Positions 9,392-19,010 of a stretch of 64,000 nt of DNA are shown here, one piece after another. Both the position numbers and the translations under genes were made by a program. Below the pieces are notes generated by a model. It saw nothing but the letters and a program-made list of their open reading frames with translations, was not told the origin of the DNA and did no database searches. The first letter of the stretch is position 1; each line of letters starts with the position of its first letter. The stretch comes from Thermoplasmatales archaeon SW_10_69_26 (lineage in GTDB: Archaea > Thermoplasmatota > SW-10-69-26). The stretch spans positions 1 through 64,000 of the forward strand of contig PXUB01000043.1 in assembly GCA_003009755.1 (NCBI GenBank). Direction: 5' to 3'.

Positions 9392-10672
9392 ATGGACGAC
9401 ATGATCCAAGGCACCGAGCACGAGTACACGTTGTACTCGGACAAGCTCAACCCGCGCGGGGTCGACCCCCACCGCCTAGCCTTGGATGTCCTCTGGCGCT
9501 CGAACCTGGGCGCCGAGGGCGAGTTCCTCCGCAACGGCTCGCGGGCCTACTTCGACGTGGGCCACCTCGAGATCGCGACCTCCGAGGCGCTGTCCCCCCA
9601 AGAGCTGGTGGCCTACGAGAAGGCCGGCGACCGCATGGTCGACACCGTCCGGCTCAAGCTCGAGGAGGCCCACGGGGTCAAGATCGACGCCTACAAGAAC
9701 AACACCGACCCCGACGGCGTCTCCTACGGCAGCCACGAGAACTACTGCGTCCCCCGCGACGTCGACTTCCCCGACGAGTACCTGCACAAGCTGGCGCCCC
9801 ACCTCGTCTCGCGTATGATCTACACCGGCGCCGGCGACTTCATCGACCACCAGTACGTGCTCTCGCCCTGCGCCTACCTGACCAGCCAGCTCGTGTCCGG
9901 CGGCAACCTCTCGAACACGGGCGTGCTCCACACGCGCGACGAGCCGCACGCCGATCCCGAGCGCTTCCGACGGCTGCACGTCATCATCGGCGACGCCCTC
10001 ATGGCCGAGCCGGCGATCCTGCTGCGCCACTTCACGACGCAGGGCATCCTGCAGGCGATCCACGCGGGCCTGATCGAGGACCCGCCCGAGCTCGCCAGTC
10101 CCCTGGAGGACATGTGGCACAACGTCGAGCATTACGAGCCCGACCAATGGAGCTTCGCCACCAAGGGCGGCGACGAGATCACACCGATGCAGATCCAGCG
10201 GTACTACCTCGAGAAGGTCGAACAGCTCGTCGAGACGCCCGAGGAGCAGGACGCCTTCGACCGCTGGGAGGCCGTGCTCGACGAGTTCGAGGGCGACGTC
10301 GACACCGACGAGCTCGGCAAGAGCGTCGAATGGGTGGCCCGCCTCAACGAGATCGAGCGGCAAAAGGACCGCAAGGGCCACGAGGAGTTCGTCGAGATGG
10401 CGGCTGCCAAGCAGTACTCCGAGCTCCACACCAACCGCGGCCTCTACTGGCGCCGCGAGCGCGAGGGGCTCACCGAGCGCGTCGTCACCGACAGCCAGGT
10501 CAAGAAGGCGATGGAGAAACCCCCGCACACCCGTGCGACGGCCAGAACCGAACTGCTTACCACTTACGAAGTGACGACAGCCGACTGGAGCGAGGTCCGC
10601 GTGCTGACCGAAGACGGCGGAACAGAGCGTCTCCGCCTGATGGACCCGTACGATCCCGAATTGGAGGTGTGA
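9392..10672 (+). CDS. pafA: Pup--protein ligase (PafA/Dop family, PafA-like)
   Basis: GTEHEY, FLRNGSRAYFDVGHLEIATSE, YKNNTD...SYGSHENY, TRDEPHAD.ERFRRLHVIIGD, PP.TRA..R, DW; RBS GAGGTGA. Confidence 0.92.
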   Translation: MDDMIQGTEHEYTLYSDKLNPRGVDPHRLALDVLWRSNLGAEGEFLRNGSRAYFDVGHLEIATSEALSPQELVAYEKAGDRMVDTVRLKLEEAHGVKIDAYKNNTDPDGVSYGSHENYCVPRDVDFPDEYLHKLAPHLVSRMIYTGAGDFIDHQYVLSPCAYLTSQLVSGGNLSNTGVLHTRDEPHADPERFRRLHVIIGDALMAEPAILLRHFTTQGILQAIHAGLIEDPPELASPLEDMWHNVEHYEPDQWSFATKGGDEITPMQIQRYYLEKVEQLVETPEEQDAFDRWEAVLDEFEGDVDTDELGKSVEWVARLNEIERQKDRKGHEEFVEMAAAKQYSELHTNRGLYWRREREGLTERVVTDSQVKKAMEKPPHTRATARTELLTTYEVTTADWSEVRVLTEDGGTERLRLMDPYDPELEV

Positions 10673-10674
10673 AC

Positions 10675-10854
10675 ATGAGCAAGAAACTGAAGAAGAAGGA
10701 CAAGCAAGACGACGAAGACTCGGTCGACCTGGACGTCGGAGACTCCTTCGACGTCTCCGAGGCCAAGGACGAGGACTTCGACCTCGACCTCGACAGCGCC
10801 CGGTTCCAGGGCAAGAAGGGTCAGGCCGGGACTCGCACGCGCTCGGGCAGCTAG
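10675..10854 (+). CDS. Small acidic Pup/UBact-like peptide (59 aa), putative modifier precursor
   Basis: ATG 2 nt after the pafA stop, RBS GGAGGTG; MSKKLKKKDKQDDEDSVDLDVGDSFDVSEAKDEDFDLDLDSARFQGKKGQAGTRTRSGS. Confidence 0.72.
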   Translation: MSKKLKKKDKQDDEDSVDLDVGDSFDVSEAKDEDFDLDLDSARFQGKKGQAGTRTRSGS

Positions 10855-11392
10855 CTCGCTGATGCGAGCAGCTTCCCGCCCAGCGAGCCGGGAGGGCCCC
10901 CGCACAGTTGCGTCGCTCTCACAGGGGCGGTCTTCCCGGGTTGCAGGGTGGGAAAAGCGATCGATGCCCGGGAAGATCTCCAAGCCGACAACCCGCCCCT
11001 CGTGAGCACCGGCCGACCGAGGGCTGGCCCGCTCTTCCTCGAACATTCTCGGCCCAGCAGGCCGGATCGGTCACGATGCCGCAGGAGGCCTGCTGGAATC
11101 ACCTCCGAGAACAAAGCTGGGGAAGCCAACGCTGCCCCGCCCTCCAATCTCAATATCAAAAGGTTCCGAGACATCACCCGGCGAGTCGTAATCTACGGCC
11201 TAAATCGAACACCGTGGTCCGAGCAGAGGGATGCTTTGGCTGAAGATGTCGCCGAGGACGCGGGCCCCTCGCCTCCGCGCTTCGATGGGGGCGTGCTCGG
11301 TCCTCGGACCCTCCAGTCACCGTCGCCGGGTAGAGCCTCCACAATGAAAAGAAAGAAAGGACAGGCCCAGGGCCTGTCTGAAGGTGGAAGCA

Positions 11393-12358
11393 TCATGTGA
11401 CGGCCGGGACGAGGTGGCGGTACGTCGAGTAACTTCCCGTCAGCCGATCACCAGATCCATCGAAGCAGGGACCCTCGAAGACGTAGACAGGGAAGACGTC
11501 ATCTTGTCCGGTGTCCAGAGGAGGGAAATAATACTCGATGTTGGCCTTCTTAACGTGGGCGTCCGCGCAGGCTCCAGGGCGGTAGATCTTCCCCTGTCCC
11601 TCGTGAGCGCGGTCCTCGGCCGCCTCGACCGAGATCGTCTCCCTCTCGCCGACCTGTGCGAGGTCGGGCCAGATCTTGAGGACGTGCGAGACCTCGCCAC
11701 CGTCGGCGAACTCGACACCCAGCTTGGCTCCCGGACCGATCCCCTCGTAGCTGTCGACGGTCCGTGAGAAGCGAACCTGGATGGCCGTCCGGTAGATCTC
11801 CTCGTCCACGGTCGAGTTGGGCTCGCCGGAGGTCTCCGCGACGCGTGCCTCGGTCCACGTCACCGCCGAATCCTCGAGGCTGACGTCAGACGCCGGGGGC
11901 ATGAGATCGCTGTCCTCCAGGGTCTCCTGCGCCATCCGGACCGCCTGGTTCTCAGGCGGAAGATCGGGATCCTGGCCGTTGGCGATCTTCTCCATTGCTC
12001 GGTCGTCATAGCCGTCGTGGGAGAAGGAGATCTTGTCCGCGCTTGCCTGGGAGATCACACGGGCTTGGGACGCCTCATCCGCCACGATGAACGCGTCCAT
12101 CGTCACATCGTACTCGACGTTGGTGTCTGCGAGGCCGAGGGACGTGGCAAGCGACACCGCCGCCGCTGCATCGTTGTTCGATGACTCGTAGGTATACACA
12201 GCAAGGGAACGCTGGGCGGATGCCCCCGATGTTTCCCACGTCCCCGCGGGCTCTTCCACCGACCGAGACGCTGGGAAGCCCGTGTCGACGTCGGATTCCT
12301 CTACAGGCACCGTCGACGAGCTCGCGAGCGCAATGCCTCCGACACCCAGAATCGCCAA
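11393..12358 (-). CDS. Secreted or membrane-anchored hypothetical protein
   Basis: The frame extends upstream into a signal peptide (LKKRIVTAVVLAILGVGGIALA) after a GGAGG RBS, so the true start is near 12387-12393; ends PVYVFEG. Confidence 0.7.
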   Translation of the reverse strand: MAILGVGGIALASSSTVPVEESDVDTGFPASRSVEEPAGTWETSGASAQRSLAVYTYESSNNDAAAAVSLATSLGLADTNVEYDVTMDAFIVADEASQARVISQASADKISFSHDGYDDRAMEKIANGQDPDLPPENQAVRMAQETLEDSDLMPPASDVSLEDSAVTWTEARVAETSGEPNSTVDEEIYRTAIQVRFSRTVDSYEGIGPGAKLGVEFADGGEVSHVLKIWPDLAQVGERETISVEAAEDRAHEGQGKIYRPGACADAHVKKANIEYYFPPLDTGQDDVFPVYVFEGPCFDGSGDRLTGSYSTYRHLVPAVT

Positions 12359-12403
12359 AACAACCGCCGTAACGATTCTCTTCTTCAGTTGTATCGCCTC
12401 CTT

Positions 12404-12680
12404 CTACCTGCAGTCGTGGTAGATCACGGACGGATTACCGTCATGCAGGGTGTCGGAGTCGGGGCCCCCTCCCACCGTGCATGTAGTCGTTCTTGTATCT
12501 TTCGTCCTCTGCGATGATCGTCTGTGTCGTTCCTGACGGCTGTGAGTAAACGCCCCCTCCATGGCTTTCCGTCCAGGCGTCCCAACTTTGTCTCCCCCCT
12601 CCGCCGAAGGACGTTCCGGTAGTCCGGGGTCGCCGCGTTCGTCTCCCAGACCGGTGAGCTGACGTGGCGTGAGAACCATC
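12404..12680 (-). pseudogene. Frameshifted C-terminal gene remnant (possibly DUF6345-like)
   Basis: QSWDAW...QPSG...YKNDYMHG in one frame continues as GGGPDSD...YHDCR* in another; no 5' part. Confidence 0.35.
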
Positions 12681-13520
12681 AGGAAAGAAGTGATCGACGC
12701 ACAGCAGGGACCTCGATCCCGGGTAGAGGGGGGACAGCTGGGGCCGGCGATCTCCAGCGTGTCGGGGTTCCTTTTCTTGCTTGGAGTCTATGTTTACGCT
12801 TCTTCGATGGGCCTTGGCCCCATCGTGGAGCAGCATCTCCTTCCTGCGCTGATCCCATCGGCGATCGGCATCGTGAGCCTTTTCGTGTTGCGTTCCTCCC
12901 GCAGCCTTGGAGGGGATCTGGGAGTCTCCACTCTCGTCGTGGTTCTACTCCTTATCGTAGACTCGCTGCACAGTTCCCCGTTCTCGCCTGCCCTCCTGGC
13001 CTACGCCCTGGCCGCCACGGGGGCTCTCCCGGTTCTAGGGGTCGCCGTCCGACGCTTCGCGCGCCCATCGCGAGCTCGCCGACGCCTAAGTCTAGCCTCC
13101 GTCTTCGTCTTCTCTTGCCTCTTCTGGGGGCTGTTGGCCGTGGGTCTCCGAGTAGGTCTTGCCACTGCTGTCGGTCTCTGTCTTTTCCTCATTGGCGGTA
13201 TTCTTGGCATATACTCGAGGAAATTCAAGACGGCCGGCGAGGGAGAGCGTCTCCTTGCAGGCCTCATCGCGTCGGTTTCCGGTCTGTCCCTTATCTGGGT
13301 CCTGGCTTTTCGGTGGTGTTTCGCATGGCCCCTACGTCTCTCGGTCTTGCCGCCGGTGTTCGCCGGCCTCCTGGCGGTAGGGTTGCAGCGACGAAGCGGC
13401 CCTGGCGGTGGCGAACGGGCGGCGGATGGCTTCTTCGTCTTCGTCAAGACCTCCTTTCTCTTTCTGCTGCTCCTCTTCGTCTATCCGCTGTTGGCCCCGC
13501 TCTCGCTCCTCTGTCTGTAG
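12669..13520 (+). CDS. Polytopic membrane protein, unknown function
   Basis: 283 aa with about 8-9 hydrophobic segments; atypical codon usage. Confidence 0.6.
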   Translation: MRTIRKEVIDAQQGPRSRVEGGQLGPAISSVSGFLFLLGVYVYASSMGLGPIVEQHLLPALIPSAIGIVSLFVLRSSRSLGGDLGVSTLVVVLLLIVDSLHSSPFSPALLAYALAATGALPVLGVAVRRFARPSRARRRLSLASVFVFSCLFWGLLAVGLRVGLATAVGLCLFLIGGILGIYSRKFKTAGEGERLLAGLIASVSGLSLIWVLAFRWCFAWPLRLSVLPPVFAGLLAVGLQRRSGPGGGERAADGFFVFVKTSFLFLLLLFVYPLLAPLSLLCL

Positions 13521-13922
13521 GCCGTTCTCTGGCCTCGCCTCGAAGCTAGCGTGACGTGACGACCTGTCCCAAGAACCAACATCCGGATGTTGTGCGCTAC
13601 CTGCTTGCCCACGATCTCGTTTCCTCAAGCGGTCGGATCCCGACAATGCAGCCGATCCCCGAACGTGGCCTTGGTCGGGGCACGTTCGGGATGGCGAAGT
13701 CGCCTGCTTCACGTGGAGGTAGGCTTCCGGGTCGGCGAAGGTTGCTCCCGGGAATTGGATGACCAGCTCGGCGATGGGAGGTGTGCTTGGTGCGAGGCCG
13801 TCCGCGGTGCTCCGCGGACCGGCCCGCCGGCCCGACTCGCCCCAGCTTGACCGCTGGCGTGCAACCCGCCGATCGGGCCGACGTCCCCTTCTTTTTTAAG
13901 ATAGCTCACTTACCCCCCTCGA

Positions 13923-14609
13923 GTGCGAGTGGCGCTCCTCTCGGACGTGCACTCGAACGTGCACGCCCTACGGGCGGTCCTCGACGACATCGACCGCGTG
14001 GCCCCGGACGAGATCGCGTTCTTGGGCGACGCCGTCGGTTACAATGCCCACCCTGGGGAGTGCCTCGAACTGCTCCGCGAACGATGCGGTGCGATGGTCC
14101 TCGGCAACCACGACGAAGCCGTCGTCGAGGGCGGCGAGGAGCTGTTCACCGCCGCCGCGCGCGCCGGGGTCGAGCACAGCCGCGACCGGCTGGACGCCGA
14201 AGCGATGGCGTTCCTCCGCGAGGTCCCCCGCCAGACCGAGATCGACGGCATCCACCTCGTCCACGGCAGTCCCCGGGGACCCACGACGGAGTACGTGTTC
14301 CCCGACACGCACCCCGAGTCGCTGCAGCAGATCGTGGATCACCCCAGCGTCGGGGATGCTGCTCTCGTCGCGATGGGGCACACCCACGTGCCGTTCGTCC
14401 GCGACATCGACGGCCTGACCGTGCTCAACGTCGGCAGCGTCGGCCAGCCCCGCGACGGCGATCCGCGGCCCTGCTGGGCCCTCGTGGACACCGACGGGCC
14501 CGAGGTCGAGATCCGCCGCGTCGAGTACGACATCGAGGCTGCCGTCGCCGACGTGCGCAAGGCCGACCTCCCCGCTCGGACCGCGACACGCCTCTACGAG
14601 GGGCGGTGA
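13923..14609 (+). CDS. Calcineurin-like metallophosphoesterase
   Basis: SDVHSN, LGDAVGY, GNHD, HGSP, GHTH, NVGSVGQPRDGDPR. Confidence 0.93.
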   Translation: MRVALLSDVHSNVHALRAVLDDIDRVAPDEIAFLGDAVGYNAHPGECLELLRERCGAMVLGNHDEAVVEGGEELFTAAARAGVEHSRDRLDAEAMAFLREVPRQTEIDGIHLVHGSPRGPTTEYVFPDTHPESLQQIVDHPSVGDAALVAMGHTHVPFVRDIDGLTVLNVGSVGQPRDGDPRPCWALVDTDGPEVEIRRVEYDIEAAVADVRKADLPARTATRLYEGR

Positions 14610-14673
14610 GAGGCTCTGCGAGCCCGCGTCCTCTGCGGTGATCCTCTGTTGCAAGCCTCAGCCACGTCGAGCC

Positions 14674-15957
14674 TCACGCGACCGGGACGATCTCCCCGTC
14701 CAGCTCGTCGACCTCGTCCTCGACCTTGCTGACCTGGGCGCTCGACAGCGCCACGCGCGCGGTCACGGTCGAGGTCTCCTCGACGCCCTCGAGTTCGCCC
14801 ATGTGATCGAGCTTGTCGATGAGGGCGTAGGCGTCCCCGCTGTAGGGCAGATCGATGTCGACGACCTGGCGGTCGGGGATGGCCCCGCGGATGGCCGTCA
14901 ACAGCTCGTCGACCCCGTCGCCGGTGCGCGCCGACACGGTGCGGAACCGATCGCCCAGGCCGTGTGCTTGAGCCACGGTGGCCCAATCGCGGTCGGGGGC
15001 CTGGTCGGTCTTGTTGATCACGAGGAAGATGTTCTCGGCCAGGTCCAGCCGGCCGCGGTCCGCCAGGAACCCGCGCAGGATGTCGAGGCTGGACGACAGC
15101 TTGCGTTCGACGTCCTCCATCGGGTCGGACCCGTCGACGACGAGCAGGACCAGATCGGAGAAGGCGACCTCCTCCAACGTCGCGTGGAAGGCCTCGACGA
15201 GCCAGGGTGGCAAATCCTCGATGAACCCGACCGTGTCCGTCATCAGGATCCGGCTGTTCGAGGCTCCGTCGGCGACGACGCGTCGCGTGCGGGTCTCCAG
15301 CGTCGAGAACAGGCGGTTCTCGGTCGTGACGTGAGCCTCCGTCAGGGCATTGAGCAGCGTGGACTTGCCCGCGTTCGTGTACCCGGCCAGCGAGATCTGC
15401 CAGAAACCGCCGTGCCGGCGATGCTTGCGGCGGACCTGGCGGTCCTGCTTGAGGCTGTCGAGCTCGCTCTCGATCTGCTTCATCCGCCCCTCGAGGTGGC
15501 GGACCTGGGTCTCGTAGGCGGTGGCACCCCCGGCCTGGTACCCGGCACGCTCGCCGTGCTTGAGCTGGCGCAGCTCTTCTCGGACGAGCGGCAGCTCGTA
15601 CTCGAGGCGAGCGAGCTCGACCTGCAGCTTGGCCTCCTCGTTGTCGGCCCGGTCCGCGAAGATCTCCAAAATCAGGCGGACCCGATCGAGCACGGTCACG
15701 TCGAGCTCGTTCTCCAAGCGAAGGACCTGGTCGGGATCGAGGTCGCCGGCGACCACCGCGACGTCCGCCTCGACCGCCCCCTCCGCGATGTCCCGCGAGA
15801 GCTGCTCGATCCGGCCGCGTCCCAGGAACGTCTGGGGGTCGGGATGGGCGCGGTTCTGGACTTGCACCGAGGTCACGATGTAGCCCAGGGAGGAGATCAG
15901 GGCGCGCATCTCGGAGAGGTCCTCCGAGAGGGCCAGGATGACCGCCTTGCGTCGCAT
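14674..15957 (-). CDS. hflX: GTPase HflX
   Basis: LILEIFADRA, KLQVELARLEY, GYTNAGKSTL, LFSTL, DTVGFI, AFHATLEE, NKTD. Confidence 0.95.
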   Translation of the reverse strand: MRRKAVILALSEDLSEMRALISSLGYIVTSVQVQNRAHPDPQTFLGRGRIEQLSRDIAEGAVEADVAVVAGDLDPDQVLRLENELDVTVLDRVRLILEIFADRADNEEAKLQVELARLEYELPLVREELRQLKHGERAGYQAGGATAYETQVRHLEGRMKQIESELDSLKQDRQVRRKHRRHGGFWQISLAGYTNAGKSTLLNALTEAHVTTENRLFSTLETRTRRVVADGASNSRILMTDTVGFIEDLPPWLVEAFHATLEEVAFSDLVLLVVDGSDPMEDVERKLSSSLDILRGFLADRGRLDLAENIFLVINKTDQAPDRDWATVAQAHGLGDRFRTVSARTGDGVDELLTAIRGAIPDRQVVDIDLPYSGDAYALIDKLDHMGELEGVEETSTVTARVALSSAQVSKVEDEVDELDGEIVPVA

Positions 15958-16209
15958 CGGAGTCGTGTTGGAATGGGTCCGTTCAAGGTATAAAGTCCCT
16001 CCTGGGGGGCCTATCTCGGATCATCGTCTCGCTGTGCTGACTTCGGTTCCTCGGGACAGTCTCTGGACCTTTCTGCAAATAGAATCCGGAACGTGAGCAA
16101 GGTCTCGGTCTCCCTCTTGCGCGATTCCTTCGCGTGCAACAACTCTACTTGGCGAACATATCGACCTTCTTTAAGTGAGACATAAACCACCCCTATCTGC
16201 CGGGCGGTG

Positions 16210-16230
16210 GTTCCACTCGAAATGGTGGGG
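16210..16230 (+). promoter_or_regulatory. Origin recognition box (ORB)-like site upstream of cdc6
   Basis: GTTCCACTCGAAATGGTGGGG matches the archaeal ORB pattern TTCCAxTxGAAA followed by a G-string. Confidence 0.7.
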
Positions 16231-16382
16231 CCACCGACTCTTGGAACTTTCCGAACCAGGGTGCGGGAAAACCTTTAGTCAACCGCGGCAGTTGGCGGCC
16301 CACGCGCCGAGCCCGCTGAGTTTGCCCGTCGCTGATCGCGAGGGGGAGGGCCGTTTGGGGAGCCTAAGCGCGGAAAGGAGGA

Positions 16383-17645
16383 GTGGACACTCTGTCAAAT
16401 GACCAGCTGTTCGACCCGTTCCTGGACACCGAGCCGATCTTCAAGGACCGAGAGGTTCTGCGACCGTCCTACACACCGGAGGAGCTGCCGCATCGAGACG
16501 AGCAGATCGATCAACTCGCCTCGGTGCTGGTGGCGGCCGTCCGGGGCGAGACTCCGAGCAACGTCTTCATCTACGGCAAGACCGGCACCGGCAAGACGGC
16601 ATCGACGAAGTACGTGGGGGAGGAGCTCGTCGATGCCGGTCAGGACCGCGACGTGCCGATCAACTTCATCTACGTCAACTGCGAAGTCGTGGACACGCAG
16701 TACCGGGCGCTCACCCACATCACGAACCATCTCGTGAACGACTGGGACGAGCGGGTCCCCTTCACCGGATGGCCGACCGACGAGGTGTACGCCAAGCTCC
16801 GCGAGCGCCTGGAGGCTTCCGAGGGGGTCACGATCATCGTCCTCGACGAGGTCGACAACCTCGTCTTCAAGGACGGCGACGGTCTCCTGTACAACCTCTG
16901 CCGCGTGAACGAGGACATGGAGGAAGCCAAGGTCAGCCTCATCGGCATCTCCAACGACCTCCGGTTCACCGACTTCCTGGACCCCCGCGTGCGGTCCTCC
17001 TTGGGGGAAGAGGAGATCGTCTTCCCGCCCTACAACGCCGACCAGCTGCGCGACATCCTGCAACAGCGCGCCGACATCGGCTTCCACGATGCCAAGCTCG
17101 ACGACGACGTCATCCCGCTGTGCGCCGCCTTCGCCGCCCAAGAGCACGGGGACGCCCGCCGCGCGCTCGACCTGCTGCGCGTGGCCGGCGAGCTCACCGA
17201 ACGCGAGGACTCCGAGCGCACGACCCAGGACCACGTCCGCAAGGCCCAGAACAAGATCGAGCTCGACCGCATCACGGAGGTCGTCCGCACCCTTCCGATG
17301 CAGAGCAAGGTCCTGTTGCTGGCGATCCTCCTCGGCGAGGAGAACAACTCCAGCGAGACCGACCGCCAGGCGCTCATCACCGGCGAGGTCTACGACATCT
17401 ACGAGGAGCTGTGCCAGGCGGCCGACATCGACGTCCTCACCCAGCGCCGCATCACCGACCTGATCAGCGAGCTGGACATGCTGGGCCTGATCAACGCCCA
17501 GGTCAAATCCAAGGGACGCTACGGACGCACCAAGGAGATCCAGATGAGCGTCCCGCTCGACGGCACCAAGTCCGTGCTCCGCGAGGACCCCACCATCGAC
17601 GAGATCGCGGACTACAACCCGAACCGCCAGGCCCGCCTGATCTGA
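16383..17645 (+). CDS. cdc6: Orc1/Cdc6 replication initiator
   Basis: YTPEELPHR, GKTGTGKT, IIVLDEVD, LDPRVRSSLGEEEIVFPPY, HGDARRALDLLR, KGRYGRT. Confidence 0.97.
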   Translation: MDTLSNDQLFDPFLDTEPIFKDREVLRPSYTPEELPHRDEQIDQLASVLVAAVRGETPSNVFIYGKTGTGKTASTKYVGEELVDAGQDRDVPINFIYVNCEVVDTQYRALTHITNHLVNDWDERVPFTGWPTDEVYAKLRERLEASEGVTIIVLDEVDNLVFKDGDGLLYNLCRVNEDMEEAKVSLIGISNDLRFTDFLDPRVRSSLGEEEIVFPPYNADQLRDILQQRADIGFHDAKLDDDVIPLCAAFAAQEHGDARRALDLLRVAGELTEREDSERTTQDHVRKAQNKIELDRITEVVRTLPMQSKVLLLAILLGEENNSSETDRQALITGEVYDIYEELCQAADIDVLTQRRITDLISELDMLGLINAQVKSKGRYGRTKEIQMSVPLDGTKSVLREDPTIDEIADYNPNRQARLI

Positions 17646-17733
17646 ACCGTGGGCACCGAGGCCCGCCCGCCGGGGCCACCCCCCGGTGGGTCACGGCCGC
17701 GGGTTTCTTAAGCCGTCACGACAACCGTCCCGC

Positions 17734-18741
17734 GTGGGCGGTCTCCGCGACTACGTCTACATCGCGCTCGCCGTCGTCGCCGTCTTCGGCGTGCTGTTCG
17801 CCGTCACCGGCAGCTGGCCCCCGGTCCTGACGGTGCAGTCGAACTCGATGATGCACGTCAACGAGACCGAATACCGCGCCGGCCAGGGGCACGCCCGGGC
17901 CGAGGACGTCGGCTTCGGTCGCACCGGGACGATCGACCCCGGAGACCTCGTGCTCGTCGAAAGCGTCGACGACCCCGAGGACATCGAGACCTTCGCCGGC
18001 AGCGACGACACCCGCTATGGCGACGACGGCGACGCGCTCGTCTTCCAGCGCACCGGCTCCGGCACCGACCTCACCATCGTGCACCGAGCGATGACCTACG
18101 TCGAGGCCGAAGGCGAGGGCGACAACCGGACCTACACCGTCGAATGGACCGAGGAATGGCTGCTCCCGCCCGAGGAGCTGGCCACGTGCAGCCGCGAGCC
18201 GTCCTTCAGGTGCACGTTCGACGAACGCGGTGTGTTCATCCCCGAGATCGGCGTGTTCGAGTGCCCGCAAAGCGGCCCGCCGTCGCGGGGCGGCCTCGGC
18301 GAGTCACGGTGCGAGAACCCCACGCCCAAGCCGTTCCTGGGCTCGGGGTTCCTGACGAAAGGTGACAACGAGGCCACGAACCCCGGCGCCGATCAGGCGC
18401 CCACCCGTCGGGGCGAGACGGCCCTGAACCCCCAACCGGTCGTCATGGAGCAGATCCGAGGCGTGGCGCGCGGCGAGCTGCCGGCGCTCGGTGTCTGGAA
18501 GGTCGCCTTCTCCGGCACCCAGATCCACAACGCCGAGGTCCAGAACCACGACTACTTCCTGCGCATCGGCAACATGGTCGCCCCCGCCGACGTCTGGGCC
18601 CTGGCCTTCGGCGAGCTCGTTGCGATCAGCGCCTCACCGATCGCGACCACGATCGGCCGCCAGCTGTGGGAGGGTCGAGACGAGGAGCGGGTCCCGGAGC
18701 TGTCCGTGCTCCGCCGCGCCGCCGAGGGCAAGGAAACGTAG
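17734..18741 (+). CDS. Signal peptidase I (S26/Sec11-type), paralog 1
   Basis: WPPVLTVQSNSMMH, IDPGDLV, IVHRA, FLTKGDN; GTG start inferred from TATA CTTAAG at 17707. Confidence 0.88.
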   Translation: MGGLRDYVYIALAVVAVFGVLFAVTGSWPPVLTVQSNSMMHVNETEYRAGQGHARAEDVGFGRTGTIDPGDLVLVESVDDPEDIETFAGSDDTRYGDDGDALVFQRTGSGTDLTIVHRAMTYVEAEGEGDNRTYTVEWTEEWLLPPEELATCSREPSFRCTFDERGVFIPEIGVFECPQSGPPSRGGLGESRCENPTPKPFLGSGFLTKGDNEATNPGADQAPTRRGETALNPQPVVMEQIRGVARGELPALGVWKVAFSGTQIHNAEVQNHDYFLRIGNMVAPADVWALAFGELVAISASPIATTIGRQLWEGRDEERVPELSVLRRAAEGKET

Positions 18742-19010
18742 ACCGCCGTCGGGGGATCTTGGGCAGCTTGGAACGTTCCCACGCCAGCGGCTTACCAATG
18801 CGTTATCGCGTCTGGAAGTTCCGTGGGCCCGGGGCTTCTTGATGTCGCGTCATCGGCTTGTGGAACGTCATCGCGTTCGGGGGGCTTCGCGGATACCGCG
18901 GCCCCCTTTTTGATGGAACGTTCCTGCTTGACTGCGTCTGCACGGATACCGCGGGACGGAAAGTTTCGAGGGCAACCGTTTTCAGTCTGGTCAGCCTCGC
19001 CTGGGCTACG

